Positions 13,073-27,309 of a DNA stretch of 64,000 nucleotides are shown here, one piece after another (the first letter of the stretch is position 1; each line of letters opens with the position of its first letter). The position numbers and the translations under genes are program-made. The stretch is from Vicugna vicugna. Taxonomy: Eukaryota. Below the pieces are notes generated by a model, which was not told the origin of the DNA, searched no databases, and was given only the letters and a program-made list of their open reading frames with translations. The stretch covers positions 4,723,308-4,787,307 of the forward strand of contig MU061578.1 of assembly GCA_013265495.1 (NCBI GenBank), given 5' to 3'.

Positions 13073-14544
13073 ACCTCCAAGTCCCAATTTAGAATTATCA
13101 GGTGGGAAATGAGCTGGTCCCTGCCTATAGCTGCCTCACCTCCTTTCTCTGCCCAGCTCCAGCTCCAACTATACCCAACAAACAGTTACCTCTTTATCAC
13201 TCCTCAGTGGGCATCTTGCTATGTGGTCCACTTGCTGGAGGACAGACCTGGGAAGAGAGTTGTACAGATTTTCCCAGATTCATCCTGGTAGGTGAGGCTA
13301 ATGCCCTAGAAGGCGTCAGGAAGTCTTAAATCTGCTACTGACCAGCCTGGCAATGCTGGACCAGCTCCCTGCACTCAGCTGCTTCATCTGTAAAATGGGC
13401 CAGCAGCTCTGCCTGCAACACAAGGCTGATGGGAGGGCACATATGGAAGCAGAGATGTGCGTCTTCCTGGGGTCCTCTCAGCCTGGGGATGGGGACGACA
13501 CTGCAGGCCAACTACTCCTGCTAGGGGTATGAGGATGCAGAGGCATGGGACTTGGGCAGCCCTCCAGGAAGTCAGGCCTCCGAGGATGATCCCAGAAGGA
13601 GGGGCCGCTGAGCCAGCAGAATTGCCTAGAGTAGAGCTAGTGGTTGCTTCGCTGCAGCCTGGGCTGGCCCCCTTCCCAGCTGCACAGCAACCTCCCCCTG
13701 GCAGCAGCACAAGCCCTGCTCCTGCCCACCGGCTGTGCACCTGTTCAGGCACCCTCTGGTGCCCCTTCCAGCCTCCCCTCAGAGCCCTGGTGCCCAGCCC
13801 CTTATGTATAAAATGAAGATGATGAGTGTACCCTGCTGGGAGCATGGAGTGCACTAGGTGCTGTGGTTTCGGTCGTTCGCACAGAGGCCACCTTTGTAAA
13901 GTGCTCAGCTGGTGTTTGGTATACAGGGATCAACAACCATGGGTCTTGTCTCCCCTTCCTGCCAAGCAGAGATGCTGGAGCTGCTCAGCCTGGGCGGGGA
14001 GACTGGCCTGGCCTCTCAGTTGGTCCTAACCATGGGACATGGGAAGCCATCCACCCAGAGTCCCCACAGAAAGGCAGACAGCTCACGGTCTGTCCCCTGG
14101 GCCACAGGTGGGACCCCACAGACATCCGGCTGAGTCTTCCTGCCATCCTGTGGCCCCATCCCTCTTTCCTGCTCTCAGGCTCTCTGGGTTTATATTGCTC
14201 TGGACATACTTCAGGTGCTGGGGTTCACAGGGTTCTTCCTCTCCCAGCCTTTCCAGCCCACATATTCATCTACCATATCCAAGAGCTGCCTGTGAGCCTG
14301 GTGGAGCCGCCCTGGGGGAGCGCCTGTACTTAGGAAGATGGAGAGGACGTATGAGGTGTGGGGGTAGCCTGGGAAGTAGTCACCTCAGCCAGAAGGGGCG
14401 AGGTCAGGGGAGAGTTGAGCCCAGCAGAATGGGTTCTGCCATCCTCCAGTGCCCTTGGATATGTGACTTTACATCTCTGAGCCTCAGTTTTCTTATCTCT
14501 GAAATGGGGGTGGTTCCCCCTCGGCAGAGTCATTGTAAGGACCC

Positions 14545-15160
14545 AGTGCAGACTGTGGGTAAAACGCTCAGCACGATTTGGCAGTTCCTCAAAAAGTTAA
14601 ACATGGAATTACCACATGGCACAGCAATTCTACTCCTAGTATATATCCAAGAAAAATTGAAATGAGTACTCAGAAAGGTCAGAAAATTTGTACAGAAAAT
14701 TTCATTATAGCAGTATTTGTAATAGCCAAAAGGGGAAACAACTCAAGTGTCCATCAACAAATGGATGAATGGATAAATAAAATGTGGTCCATCCACACAA
14801 TGGAATATTATTCAGCCCATAAAAAGTAATGAAGCATTGACACAAGCTACCTGGATAAACCTCAAAAACATTATGCCCAAGGAAGGACGCCAGATACAGT
14901 GAAATATCCAGAATAGGTAAATCCACAGAGACAGAAAGATTACTGATTTCCAGGAGCTGAGGGTAGGAGGGATGGGGAAATGGGGAGTGAGTACTTAAGG
15001 GGCAGTGGTGGGGGTTTCTCTTGGGATAACTGAAATGTTCTGGAACTAGACAGAAGCAGTGGTTGTACAACATCTTGAAAGTACTAAGTGCCACTGAATT
15101 GTTTACTTAAAAATGGTTACTTTCATGTTATGTGAATTTCACCTCAATTACAACAAAACA
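14545..15160 (+). mobile_element. Old L1 (L1MB-like) 3' end
   Basis: Typical phrases: gcagttcctcaaaaagttaaacatggaattacca, tgtccatcaacaaatggatgaatggataaataaaatgtgg, catgttatgtgaatttcacctcaat. Confidence 0.8.
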
Positions 15161-16380
15161 CCCAGTATAACACCCCGTACAGAATAACTCTTCAAAATGC
15201 TATGCAAGGTGCTTAAATCACTAGGAGTTCAGCAGGTGAGGAGGTAGAAGTGGAGCATCCTAACCGTGGACAAGGGTTCAAAGACAAGGGTGTGAGGAAT
15301 TCACTCTGGCTTCATGGAGCACGTGGCTTGTGGAACACAGAGGAGGGAGCTGCGGGGCCTGGGAGTCCAGACGGGGACGGGGACCCCTTCAGGCTGCTAA
15401 CAGGGCTCAGACTTAGGTTTTCAGAAGACCTCTGTAATGAGGACAGCTTGGAGTGGGCAGGAGTGGGTGTGGGGGACTGTTCTGGGAGGGGGACAGTGAC
15501 CCACTGGATCCTGCCTAGCTGTCACACACCGGTGGGCACTAAACACAGAAGGGGAGGCCTTTTGGAGTGGGTCCATGATGAGTGGTCTTGGCCATGGAAA
15601 GTGGAAGTGTCCACAGACAAAGTCGAACACGGAGCTGGATGTGAGCTGGAGACAGGGTGGAAAGGCCCCAGGGTAGAGATGGTACTGAAAGCCCCAGAGG
15701 GTGGGCAAGAACCCTCAGAGAGAGTGTGGAGATAGGAACTCTGGAGGCTACCAGCCTTTAGGGGCAGAGAAAGAGACTGCAAGAAGGTGGGTGACGGTGA
15801 CAGCTTTTTAGGAACAGTGCTGTCAACCACTGTGCAGACAGACATGACAAGATGCAGAAGAAAAAGTATCTACTGTGTTTGGTGGTGTGAGATGACTAGT
15901 GACCTTGTGAAATTTTCATTGGAGAGCTGGGGGTCAAAGACATGACACTGGGTCAGGCAGTGAGTGAGAAGTGAGAATGGCTCTTTGAGAGTGTGGGGTG
16001 GAAGGAATTAATTTGGGGTTGTTTCGTGGTGCTTAAAGGCTGAGGGGAAGGAAAGAGGGGAGTTGGGGAAGGTACAGGAAGGAAGATTCCCAGGACCCAG
16101 GGCCTGGGCGGATGGGCAGGGGACATGGCCTTGGTCAAAGGGCCAGAAGAAGGAAGGAGGGTGCAGCTGCATTTGTAAGCCTGCTGGGAGTAAACCGTGG
16201 GAGAGCCAGTCTCAAGGACTCTCTTTTCCTGTGAAAGAGGGTGAGGCCACGTACATAGAGTGTAGGAGGGCTAGAATGAAAAAGAAGGCATGAGGGACCC
16301 CAGTTTTGGAGGGGTCACTGTGATTAGTGAGGGTACTGGAGGGTCATCCTGGGGCTGGACAGGCCTGAAAGGGACGGGAC

Positions 16381-16765
16381 TAGGGTTGCTTGATCTAGCA
16401 AATAAAATTTCATGGCACTTACCCACATTTGAATTTTACATAGCCAATGAAGAACTTTTTAGTACAAGTATATCCCATGCAATATTTGAGATATACTTAA
16501 GGAAAAAAAACTTGTTGCTTATCTAGATAAACAAGATTATACTGTATAGCACAGGGAAATATAAAATCTTATGGTAGCTCACAGAGAAAAAAATGTGACA
16601 ATGAATATATATATGTTCATGTATAACTGAAAAATTGTGCTTTACACTGGAATTTGACACAACATTGTAAAATGATTATAAATCAATAAAAAATGTTTAA
16701 AAATATTTGTTGCTTATCTGAATTCAAATATAACTGGGTGTCCTTTAATTTACCTGGGGATCCTA
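16381..16765. mobile_element. MER53-like palindromic MITE, interrupted by an L1 3' fragment
   Basis: Ends TAGGGTTGC...GGATCCTA and core AAGTATATCCCATGCAATATTTGAGATATACTT match the MER53 consensus as remembered. Confidence 0.75.
16525..16703 (+). mobile_element. 5'-truncated younger L1 3' end
   Basis: gataaacaagattatactgtatagcacaggg...acacaacattgtaaaatgattataaatcaataaaaaa; TSD TTGTTGCTTATCT at 16512-16524 and 16707-16719. Confidence 0.8.
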
Positions 16766-16899
16766 GCGCGGAGTGGGGATCAGGGGATAGATGGGAAGAA
16801 AGGGATGGCACCACCCCGCCTTGATACGCAAGCCTGGAAAATGGGTAGCTGTCTCAGAAGGGCGGGGTGTCCGAGTGGGGAGAAGGCTGTGGTCGCTGC

Positions 16900-17500
16900 T
16901 TTCGTCCATCTCGCGCCAACAGGTAGCCCAGAGGACTGTACTGGTTTTTCCTGGGAGACTACCAGAATTGTAGTCTCGTCCCGTCCCCCCTCTTATACGT
17001 CCCGTGGTGTCGCCCTAATGGCCCATCGATAACTCTACGCTCGGTCGCGGCCTCTATCGACTCGTTCCGGCTTCGCTTGCCGTCCTGGGCCGCGGCGGAG
17101 CGCAGAGCCGCGTGTAAGGTACGGAGGGCGTGGGACGGGGGCTGGGAAGCAGCTTCCAGTGGCCAGGAGAGCGCGCCCGGGGGAAGCTGGTCCAGCGGGA
17201 CGGAGTCAGGGTGATCGGCCGGGCACCAGGGAGCTAGAAGGCCCAGCCAGAGAGCGCCCCCTCCCATCAGGTCCCGCCACCGGCCTGTTACGCATGCGCA
17301 ACCGCGGCGTTCAGGCTTTCCTCTCCGGCCCGTCTGCCGCCCTGCGTACGCACGGCCCGCCCCTGCGGCAGAGCGGCGCCTTGGACGTGACTGCCCCCTA
17401 CCGGTCGCGAGTAGGATGGCGTTCCGGGCTGGCTTCGTGGGGCGGGGAACGGAGCGCGCACTTAGATGCTCAGAGCTGTCACGCGTGTCCCGTCTCTTAG
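16900..17500 (+). promoter_or_regulatory. CpG-island promoter and non-coding exon 1 of MLST8 (probable donor after 17118)
   Basis: CpG-rich; AAG|GTACGG donor; ACTACAATTC (ZNF143/THAP11-like) motif on the minus strand at ~16964-16973. Confidence 0.7.
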
Positions 17501-17690
17501 CCTCAGTTTCCCTATATCTGAAATGAGAATGATTATGTTTTTCCGCACCGAGTAATCTGTTGTAGTCTATTTAGGACATACAGGGTATTCCCTAAATACT
17601 CTTTTCTCTCCTTCAGATGCTCTAATCTTTGACTCCTGCCGGTCGGACCTCGGGCTCTGTGTAGGCCCGAGTCTTTCAAGCACCTACACC

Positions 17691-20660
17691 ATGAACACGT
17701 CTCCAGGCACGGTGGGCAGTGACCCGGTCATCTTGGCCACTGCCGGCTATGACCACACGGTGCGGTTCTGGCAGGCCCATAGCGGGATCTGTACCCGAAC
17801 GGTGCAGCATCAGGACTCTGTATCCTCCGCTGGGGAGATGGGGATGGTGGTGCTGGGCAGGATGTCTGGTGGGGATAACAGCTTGGGCAAAGGCCTGGGG
17901 TGGGAAGGATGCAGCAGCTGAGCCAGATGGTGGAGACTTCAAGGGTCCCTGGCCCCAGGGCTTTGTTCATCCTCCTTAACAGACTCAGCAAGTGAATGCG
18001 CTGGAAATCACACCAGACCGCAGCATGATCGCTGCTGCAGGTACCTATACCTTCGACCCTAACCCCTTATTTCTGATAGGTTGATCTAGGCACACCCAAA
18101 CTCCAGTTTGGCCTGTGCCCCTAGGTTACCAGCACATTCGTATGTATGATCTCAACTCCAACAACCCCAACCCTATCATCAGCTACGACGGGGTCAACAA
18201 GAACATCGCATCTGTGGGCTTCCACGAGGACGGCCGCTGGATGTACACGGGTGGGGAGGACTGCACAGCCCGGATCTGGGACCTCAGGTGTGGGGTGCTG
18301 GGCAGAAGGGGCCTGCTGCCAGGTGTGTGAGGTGAGGGCCAGGCCGAGAGACTGTGTTAGGTCAGGTCCCCATCAAGCAGAGGCTGAGACGGGGTTTTCT
18401 GTGCAGGTGATTTATTGAGGGTAGCAGAGGAAAGCAGGATTGGGCAGGGATGAAGACACACAAAGATGACTATAGCCTCAGCCTGATCCCACAGAGAGCT
18501 CTGAGATGAACTACATCAAAGAGCAAGTCCTGCCTTAAGGCAAGGGGCCACCCTTTATGCCCCTTCTGAGTCAGTCATTGTCTTCAGGCTGCCCCTGGGG
18601 AGAGCTGAACCTCCCATGAGATAAGACAGCTCCCATCATAGAGGGACAAGGCTAAATGGCCAGGGAAGGGGCACCTGGGGGGGCACCAACAGCATCCACT
18701 ACACATGGAGTATGTCCTGCACCTCGAAGGTCCCGGAACCTGCAGTGTCAGCGGATCTTCCAGGTGAATGCACCCATTAACTGCGTATGTCTGCACCCCA
18801 ACCAGGTGAGGGGTACACACTGGGGTGGGCATGCTGGAGCTCTGGAGGGCAAGGATCCTGCTCTTCCTCACCTCCCCTGCACCTCAGGCAGAACTCATCG
18901 TGGGTGACCAGAGCGGTGCCATCCACATCTGGGACTTGAAAACTGACCACAACGAGCAGCTGATCCCGGAGCCTGAGGTCTCTATCACATCTGCCCACAT
19001 CGACCCCGATGCCAGCTACATGGCAGCGGTCAATAGCACAGTGAGTCCTAGATGGGGGAAGGAGGGGTAGTGGGGGCAGCTCAGCACCCAGCTCCTTATC
19101 TGTCTTGTTTCCTGAAGGTGGGCTTATTCCCCTGAAGTCCCTCTGGCCCCTCCCCTCCCCCCACAATCCTACTTCCCTGTCCTGGGCTCTACCTCTGACC
19201 CAGCCACCAAAGCCAGAAACTTGAGTGTCACTCCTGATGCCACCACTTACTACCTGCCATAGCCCATCCAGCAGTCCAGTCACTTCCATCTCCAGAATCT
19301 CACAAGTCTGTCCGTCTCCCTTTCTCCTCCCGGTCTCCTCCTGATCCAAGTTTCCTTTGTCTCTCCCGACAGCAGTTGCAGCCTCTCTGGCTTCCTTCCC
19401 TCCTTTATGACCTTCCCCTGCCCCTAATCCATTCTCCCTCTGCTACCAGAACATCGTTCAGTAGTACTAGTCTGAGGATTGTATCCTCCCCCTGCGTTAA
19501 CTCCCAGATGCCCCAGGCTCCTTACCAGGGCCTCTGGACACTGTGGTTTGACCCCAGGACTCCTGTTCAGCCTCATTTCCTCCCTTTAGTGTCCATTAAA
19601 TCTCAGTGATCACTTGTCCCACAACCTCCCCAGACTGGCCACTTCCAAGCCCTTTTCCTGCTGTTCCCTCTTATCTGGTGCCCTCCACCCATCTTGTTCT
19701 TCACATCCTGTTGACCAGCAGTATCCTTCAGGAAGGTCAGGCATGGCCTTCTGCTCTCAGCCCACCAGGAATGGCCTGTGGTTGGGGCCAGGTCTCCCAG
19801 TTGCTCCCTGCAGGCGGGACCAGATGTGCCTATCATAGGTCCTCTGCCCCTAGATCCACAGCGTTGGATGGAAGCCCCTGGATCTGGGTCTTACCGCTGG
19901 GGCGTCCTTCCCCAAGTGTCAGACTGGAGGTTCCAGGCCTCCTGTGATTTCCCTCCAACCCCGCAGGGGAACTGCTATGTCTGGAATTTGACCGGGGGCA
20001 TTGGCGACGAGGTGACACAGCTCATCCCCAAGACCAAGATCCCAGCGCACACTCGCTATGCCCTGCAGTGCCGCTTCAGCCCAGACTCCACGTGCGTGCA
20101 GGGCCTGGGGGGCTGGGAGCCCTCGGATGACTGCAGGGAGGAAGGGACATGCCTAGGGCTAGGAGCCTGATGTGTTGGGGCCTGCGTGGTGGATGTCAAG
20201 GGGGTGCATGATGGGAGTGGCTGTTGAGGACATCCCTGTCATGCTCACACCCACGCCCAGGCTCCTTGCCACCTGCTCGGCTGACCAGACGTGCAAGATT
20301 TGGAGGACGTCCAACTTCTCCCTGATGACGGAACTGAGCATCAAGAGCAGCAACCCTGGAGAGTCGTCCCGAGGCTGGATGTGGGGCTGTGCCTTCTCAG
20401 GGGACTCCCAGTATATAGTCACCGGTAAGCCCCGCCCACCCTGCCTCCCCACCCCTGCTGGCTCAGACACTGCTGCTTGGCTGCTTGGGAGCTGGCCTGG
20501 CCTGGGGCTGCACCCTGAGCCCCCACTCTCCCTCCCTGCAGCTTCCTCCGACAATCTGGCCCGACTCTGGTGCGTGGAGACGGGAGAGATCAAGAGAGAG
20601 TATGGAGGCCACCAGAAAGCTGTCGTCTGCTTGGCCTTCAACGACAGCGTGCTGGGCTAG
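17691..20660 (+). CDS. MLST8: Target of rapamycin complex subunit LST8 (WD40), 326 aa, intact
   Basis: Exons 17691-17819, 17989-18040, 18125-18287, 18730-18805, 18888-19040, 19967-20091, 20261-20424, 20542-20660 total 981 nt; [27 protein letters not shown]...[18 protein letters not shown]. Confidence 0.98.
17820..17988 (+). other. U12-type (minor spliceosome) GT-AG intron of MLST8
   Basis: 5' splice site GTATCCTC; branch sequence TCCTTAAC at 17973-17980 just before the AG; no polypyrimidine tract between them. Confidence 0.88.
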
Positions 20661-21047
20661 CCTGTGTCACCTTGGGATTGTAGGCAGCCGTCCAGGTGGC
20701 ACCAGCTGGTTGTCTGTGTTCAGCTGCCCAGGTCAGAGTGAAACCCTATGGGCTGGCCTCTACCATCCCCAGCTGACTGACCTACCCTGGCTCCCTTGGC
20801 CAGACTAGACTGGCCATGCCAGTCCACTATGGGACTCTCTCAGCCCCAGTTGCTTAATCTGGATGTGACAGAGCTCAGGATCCTACCCTACCCAGCCTGC
20901 ATTCCCTTTGGAAATTCTGGACCCACAGAGCCTGGAGCAACTGAGAGGGGTCCGCCCACCCCCAGGCCAGCGCCTACCCCTTTCCCTCCCTGTTCCTGTT
21001 CCGTGTCCTGAGGCCACAGAATATACCATCATGGCCAGGTGGAGTGG

Positions 21048-21053
21048 TTTATT
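21048..21053 (-). terminator. Probable BRICD5 poly(A) signal
   Basis: TTTATT on +, ~85 nt past the BRICD5 stop. Confidence 0.7.
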
Positions 21054-21137
21054 AGCTCCGCCAGCAGTCGCCCTCCACGAGACTGGTGACAGGGCCGGCC
21101 AGCTGGCTGGCCTGTGGGGCCGGTCCAGGCCGGGGGC

Positions 21138-22592
<1,455 letters not shown>

Positions 22593-25390
22593 GCTGCAGC
22601 CCTGGTGACAATGCGCTGATTGTCTGCTGCCCCTTGGAGTCAGCCTGGGGAAACCTCAGGATGCCTTTGATGAGCCAAACAATTGTCCTGGCCCCCTCCC
22701 CTCCTAACCCCACTGCCTCCTCCCCAGCCCAGCTACCTGATATTCAGGTCAGAGACAGGGCACCTGGGGAGGGCTGCTTGTCTCTGTGCCTGGCTCTCCC
22801 AACACCTGGCCTGTGCACAGGGATCTGGTAGGGCAATGAATGCATGGCCATGTGGCAGTCAAGTCCATGGCTGGCATGGAGGGCAGTGCAGGCCTGGCCA
22901 AGATGACATTAGAAAGCCTTGTTGAGGAGAGATTTACTTTTTCTTCAAGAAGCCTTTTTCTAGTCTCTTGGGTGACCATTGCATTTCCAGGACTGGGCAC
23001 GGGGCCTGGCATATAGTGAACCATCCACAAGTGCCTGTTTAGTGAATGACTCATCTGGGACTCTGTGCCGCATCCCTTTCCCCTCTGGGCATCCTGGTTG
23101 TTTCCCAGCTCCCAACATGGGATGGGCTGACAGGCATTGCACAGGTGCACGCTAGAGACCAGGATGGCTTCCAGGAGGCCCCACTGGTAAGGACAGCCTA
23201 CTGGAACCTCCTGCATAGCCCAGCATGGTTAGGTCAGCCTCCAGTCCATCAGCCCCTGCCCTCCCGAGTGTGGCTTTTTGTAACTGAACGGTGCCAGGCA
23301 TTTACAGCTGCTTGATGCTGTGGATTCCAACATTTGGTCCCCGCCCTGGAACTGGCTGCTCTTAGGACCTGCATGTCCTCCACCAGCTTCCCCCTGTGAC
23401 CCTCTCCTACTCTGGTTTTCTTTTGTGCCTTCTTCCTGATTCTTCAGAGTCTGCCTCTCCGCAGTGGGCCTGAGATGGGGTGGAGTTGCTGTGGTCAGCA
23501 CCCCAACTCTGGAATTGGAATCCCAGAATGGCCTTCTACTGAGTGTAACCCTCCCAACCCCACCCCCGCCCGCGGCAAGACAGCTGCACCATTTGTGCAG
23601 AGGCTGCTGTCCAGGTGAAAGAAAGGAACACCAGAGTCAGCGCGCGTCTGAGAGTTTAATACACCTTTGGGTTCACACAGTGCAACAGGGGTGGAGACAA
23701 GGGTGCACAGGGCCCCCCGAGGCTGCTGCCCAGCAGAAGAGGTGTCGCTGGCTGCTGCACCTGCCGCGTGCTCCTGGTGTGGGTGACAACGCCCTGACAG
23801 GCCTGCTCAATATCCAGACCCACCTTGAGCCGACCTCGCAGAGCCAACGTCAGCACCACCAGCCTCACAGGCGCCAGCTGCCCTCGTGCTGCCTGGCAGT
23901 GGAGTCAGGACACCAGATACCGACACCTGGGAGGAGCTGAAGGCTCAGGACATCCTTTATTGCTCTGAGAACTCTGAAGGAACACTGTGACTGTGGGGCT
24001 GGAAGAGAAGCCACAGGCTGTGGGCAGATAACACTGGGTGCAGGGTGAGGCGCCAGGAAGAAGTCGGCCAAAAGGAACAGCTTCCCAGGCCCTACCCTAC
24101 AAGTGCTGCCGGAGAATCTGCATGTCAGGCCTATTCTCAAAGGTCAGCAACTCAGAACAGGCAGAAAAGGCCACAGACCTGTGCCAAGAACCCTTGGCTA
24201 GCTGGTGGAGCCTGCCATTCCTCCAGCTGGCCACTGACAAGGGACTTTAGGGCCAAGACATGTGGCCTCACAGACTACTGGCATGTAATACCCACCCCAA
24301 CCAAGAGAATAGGAAGACAGGAAGAGAGGTTGGATGCTTTGTAAAAGGACTTCCTGTTTTGAGGGACACTTCTTTCCTCCCTCCACCCAGAGGGAGCCTT
24401 GGTTAACAGGCATTTCCTTGGCCAGCACATGCCTTTAGCTGTACTGCTGGCTGCGGGGCATGGAGACTTCTTCAGTGGGATTTTCCCTATGAGGCAGAGC
24501 ACAGCTATTAATCAACACACTTATGATTTAATCTCGCCACTTGACAAAGTTGTTCAGAAGTTAAAAAAAATTTTTTTTTCTTATACCAACACTGCTCTGA
24601 GCTACCTGCAGCAGCCCAGAGTTCAACAAAGGCATTCATGCCCTCTTGGCTGCTCAGCCAACAATATGCTCAGTCCACATCCCCTGTGTGTCTGTGCACA
24701 TTTGAGAAAGCCAAGGTTTAGCTGGACTGAGTTTACAGAACTGCACAACCGTATGAGGAGTGCCAGCCTTGGGTATCTGAAACGGAACAGATACTCAATT
24801 GTGACATCAGAGTGGTTTTTAAGGAAGTGTGGTATGGTGGTGGTAAGAGCAGCACCCCATACCGCATGGACAGGGAGACACCACCTGGGAGCAGCCCTCT
24901 CCCCCACTCCCACCCTGCAGGTGAGCTGACAGGCAGCAGGCTCCCCTGCTGATGACCACACAGATGGGGCCCTGGGTCGGGCTGTACAAGTTTCTCACAA
25001 GAGTCAAAATAATCAGCCCCTCCTTCCCTTTAATTCCTGAAATTTTCAATAAAATACATGATACTCCTAGACCCACCTCAGTCCCATCAGCAGGCCCTGA
25101 GGTTATAAGAATCCTGGACATAGGCTAAACCCAAGGTCAAGGCCAAGTGGCACCTAAGGCCCAGGACCCCCACAATGCCCTTCAAGCTTAAAAGTGCATC
25201 TTAAAATATAAGCATTTGTAAACAAAATCGCCCCCCAAACACTTACAAGGTTAACAACTAGTGCCTTTGCTTAACTCCAAGTATACTCTTTGAAGCCACC
25301 TAGCTGAGTGATGCTTATGTCCCACCTATTAATTTGGGTAAGTGATTTTCAAATTTTTTTTTTATTCTGGAGATTAAAGACACTAAATCT

Positions 25391-26455
25391 TTAACCTTGA
25401 AGGGCAGGCAAAAGGTCGGCTATGCTGTCAACATAGAAGTCAGGGACCATTTTCTTCTTAGACATGCAGTCGCTTTCCTGATTACTCTTCACATCCCCTA
25501 GAGTGGAGACCCCAGTGAGGGTCAGGATGGTCTTCAGACCACAGGTGACGCCCAGGAGGATGTCTGTGTCCAAGCGATCACCCACCATGACGGTGCGCTC
25601 CGGGTTGATGCCATATTCCTGGGACACGCAGTCGAAGATGAAGCGGCTGGGCTTCCCTATGATGTCGGCTTGGCGCTGGGCGGCCATCTCCACGGCTCGG
25701 ACCAGACAGCCCGTACCTGCGAGGCGGAGAGGGAGGGGAGGAGAGTGCCCGGGGTCAGAGGACGGGAGGGGCTGGCCGCCCGCCCTCCAGCCTTCCGCCC
25801 CCAGGGCGCACGGACCCGCGATGAAGCGGCCGTTCTCCAGTGGGAGCCGGTTGTCCATGTTGGTGCCCACGAGCAGGCAGCTGGGCTGCTGCAGGTAGCG
25901 CACGGCCTTGGTGAGCTTCATGTAGCTGAAGTGCGGGTCGAATCCCACCACCACGGCGCGCACATCGGGCTCGAGCGGTGCGTCCAGCCAGGCGCTGGGG
26001 GAGTCGCCCTGCAGAGGCTCGGGCCCCACGCCCACGCAGGTGACGCCCACGGCCTCCAGCTCCGCGGCCAGGGCCGCGCTGCCCAGCACGTAGGCCTTGG
26101 GGGCCGGCGGGCCGGCTAGGCGCTGGCGCAGGTAGAGCGCGGTGCAGTAGGCCGTGCCGAAGATTTCGCTGCTGGCTCCAGGCCCCGCCGGGCCGCCGAA
26201 GCCCAGGCGCCGCAGTTTCTCGGCGTAGGCCTCGCGGGTCTTGCTGCTATTGTTGGTGATGAAGCCGAGGCGCTTGCCGCGGGCCCGCAGCGCCGTCAGG
26301 GCCTCGGGCGCGCCGGGCACTGCTGTCTCACCGCGCCACAGCACGCCGTCGCAGTCGAACAGCACCGTGTCCACGTCGGCCAGCAGCACCTGGGCCCGCT
26401 CGGCGCTCAGCCGCACGCAGCGGGCGTCGTCGCCGCCGGCCTCTGCTTCCGCCAT
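25391..26455 (-). CDS. PGP: Phosphoglycolate / glycerol-3-phosphate phosphatase (HAD family), 321 aa, 2 exons
   Basis: Exons 25816-26455 and 25391-25716 total 966 nt; HAD motifs [30 protein letters not shown]. Confidence 0.97.
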   Translation of the reverse strand: MAEAEAGGDDARCVRLSAERAQVLLADVDTVLFDCDGVLWRGETAVPGAPEALTALRARGKRLGFITNNSSKTREAYAEKLRRLGFGGPAGPGASSEIFGTAYCTALYLRQRLAGPPAPKAYVLGSAALAAELEAVGVTCVGVGPEPLQGDSPSAWLDAPLEPDVRAVVVGFDPHFSYMKLTKAVRYLQQPSCLLVGTNMDNRLPLENGRFIAGPCALGAEGWRAGGQPLPSSDPGHSPPLPLRLAGTGCLVRAVEMAAQRQADIIGKPSRFIFDCVSQEYGINPERTVMVGDRLDTDILLGVTCGLKTILTLTGVSTLGDVKSNQESDCMSKKKMVPDFYVDSIADLLPALQG

Positions 26456-26459
26456 AGCC

Positions 26460-27150
26460 GCCTGCCGCTGCCGCCACCGGCTGCAGCCGCCGCCCGCCGC
26501 CGCCACCGGCCACCCGCTCCTCGTAGCAGCCGCCCGCCGCTGCGCCCGCCCCGCCCCCGGCGCGCTCATTGGCCCTGCGCCTAGCGCGTGCCGCCCATTG
26601 GACATCGCCTGCGCCAATCCACCCCCGCCTCCCCCGGGCTGCGGAAGTTCAGCGCCAACCGTCGCGGTCCGACGCGGAGGGGCGGGTGGCTATTGGCTGT
26701 CGGGCTCTGGGCGCCCTGGTGATTGGCTGGCAGGGAGCCAACCGGCATTCTGCGTGGAGCGCTCACTGCGGAAATTCGGCGGAGGAGCCCGAGAGTTGGC
26801 GCAGGACGTAGGGCAGCTGCTCATTAGCGGAAGCGGCGCAGCTCACCCATTGGAGGCGCGTGGTCAGCCTAGGTGGCGGAAGCCCTTAATCGAGTGACCC
26901 CGGGCTGGGCCAGCTGCTGACTGGCTGGCTTGTCTCCGATCTTGCGGGCGGGGCTCACCATAGGGGCACGGCGGGAGGCGGGGGTCGCTGCCCCTGTTTG
27001 GGCCGTAGTCACGTCCGCACTTCTGCCGGGGCGGGGCTGGGCGGTGCCCTCTGCCCGGGACAGTCTCCGGACGAAGTGTCTGCGCGTGGGCGGATTACGG
27101 CCATTCCTGAGATTCAGCCCGGGGCTCCTTCCCAGCAAGCTTGGCGGTCT
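26460..27150. promoter_or_regulatory. PGP CpG-island promoter with clustered CCAAT boxes and GC boxes
   Basis: ATTGG/CCAAT at 26568, 26597, 26614, 26692, 26722 and 26849; GGGCGG boxes. Confidence 0.8.
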
Positions 27151-27309
27151 CATTTCCAGTCCTTTGCAAATACTCTTTCCGTGTTCCTTAGTGGTCATGT
27201 GAACGAGTAATTGCAAGGCAGTGGGATTTGGGTCTCAGAGAAGGACACTAGTGTCTAGAATACAGCACTCAATTGGCCGCTATCACTATCATTATTAGGT
27301 ATTATTAAC

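Noticed and set aside
16381..16765. MER53-derived microRNA hairpin
   Set aside because: The arms are diverged and one is split by an L1 insertion; there is no evidence of expression from sequence alone.
26456..26617. 54-residue N-terminal extension of PGP in the 408-aa ORF
   Set aside because: It runs through GC and CCAAT boxes of the promoter (one upstream ATG is part of CCAATG). The 26455 start gives the expected 321 aa.
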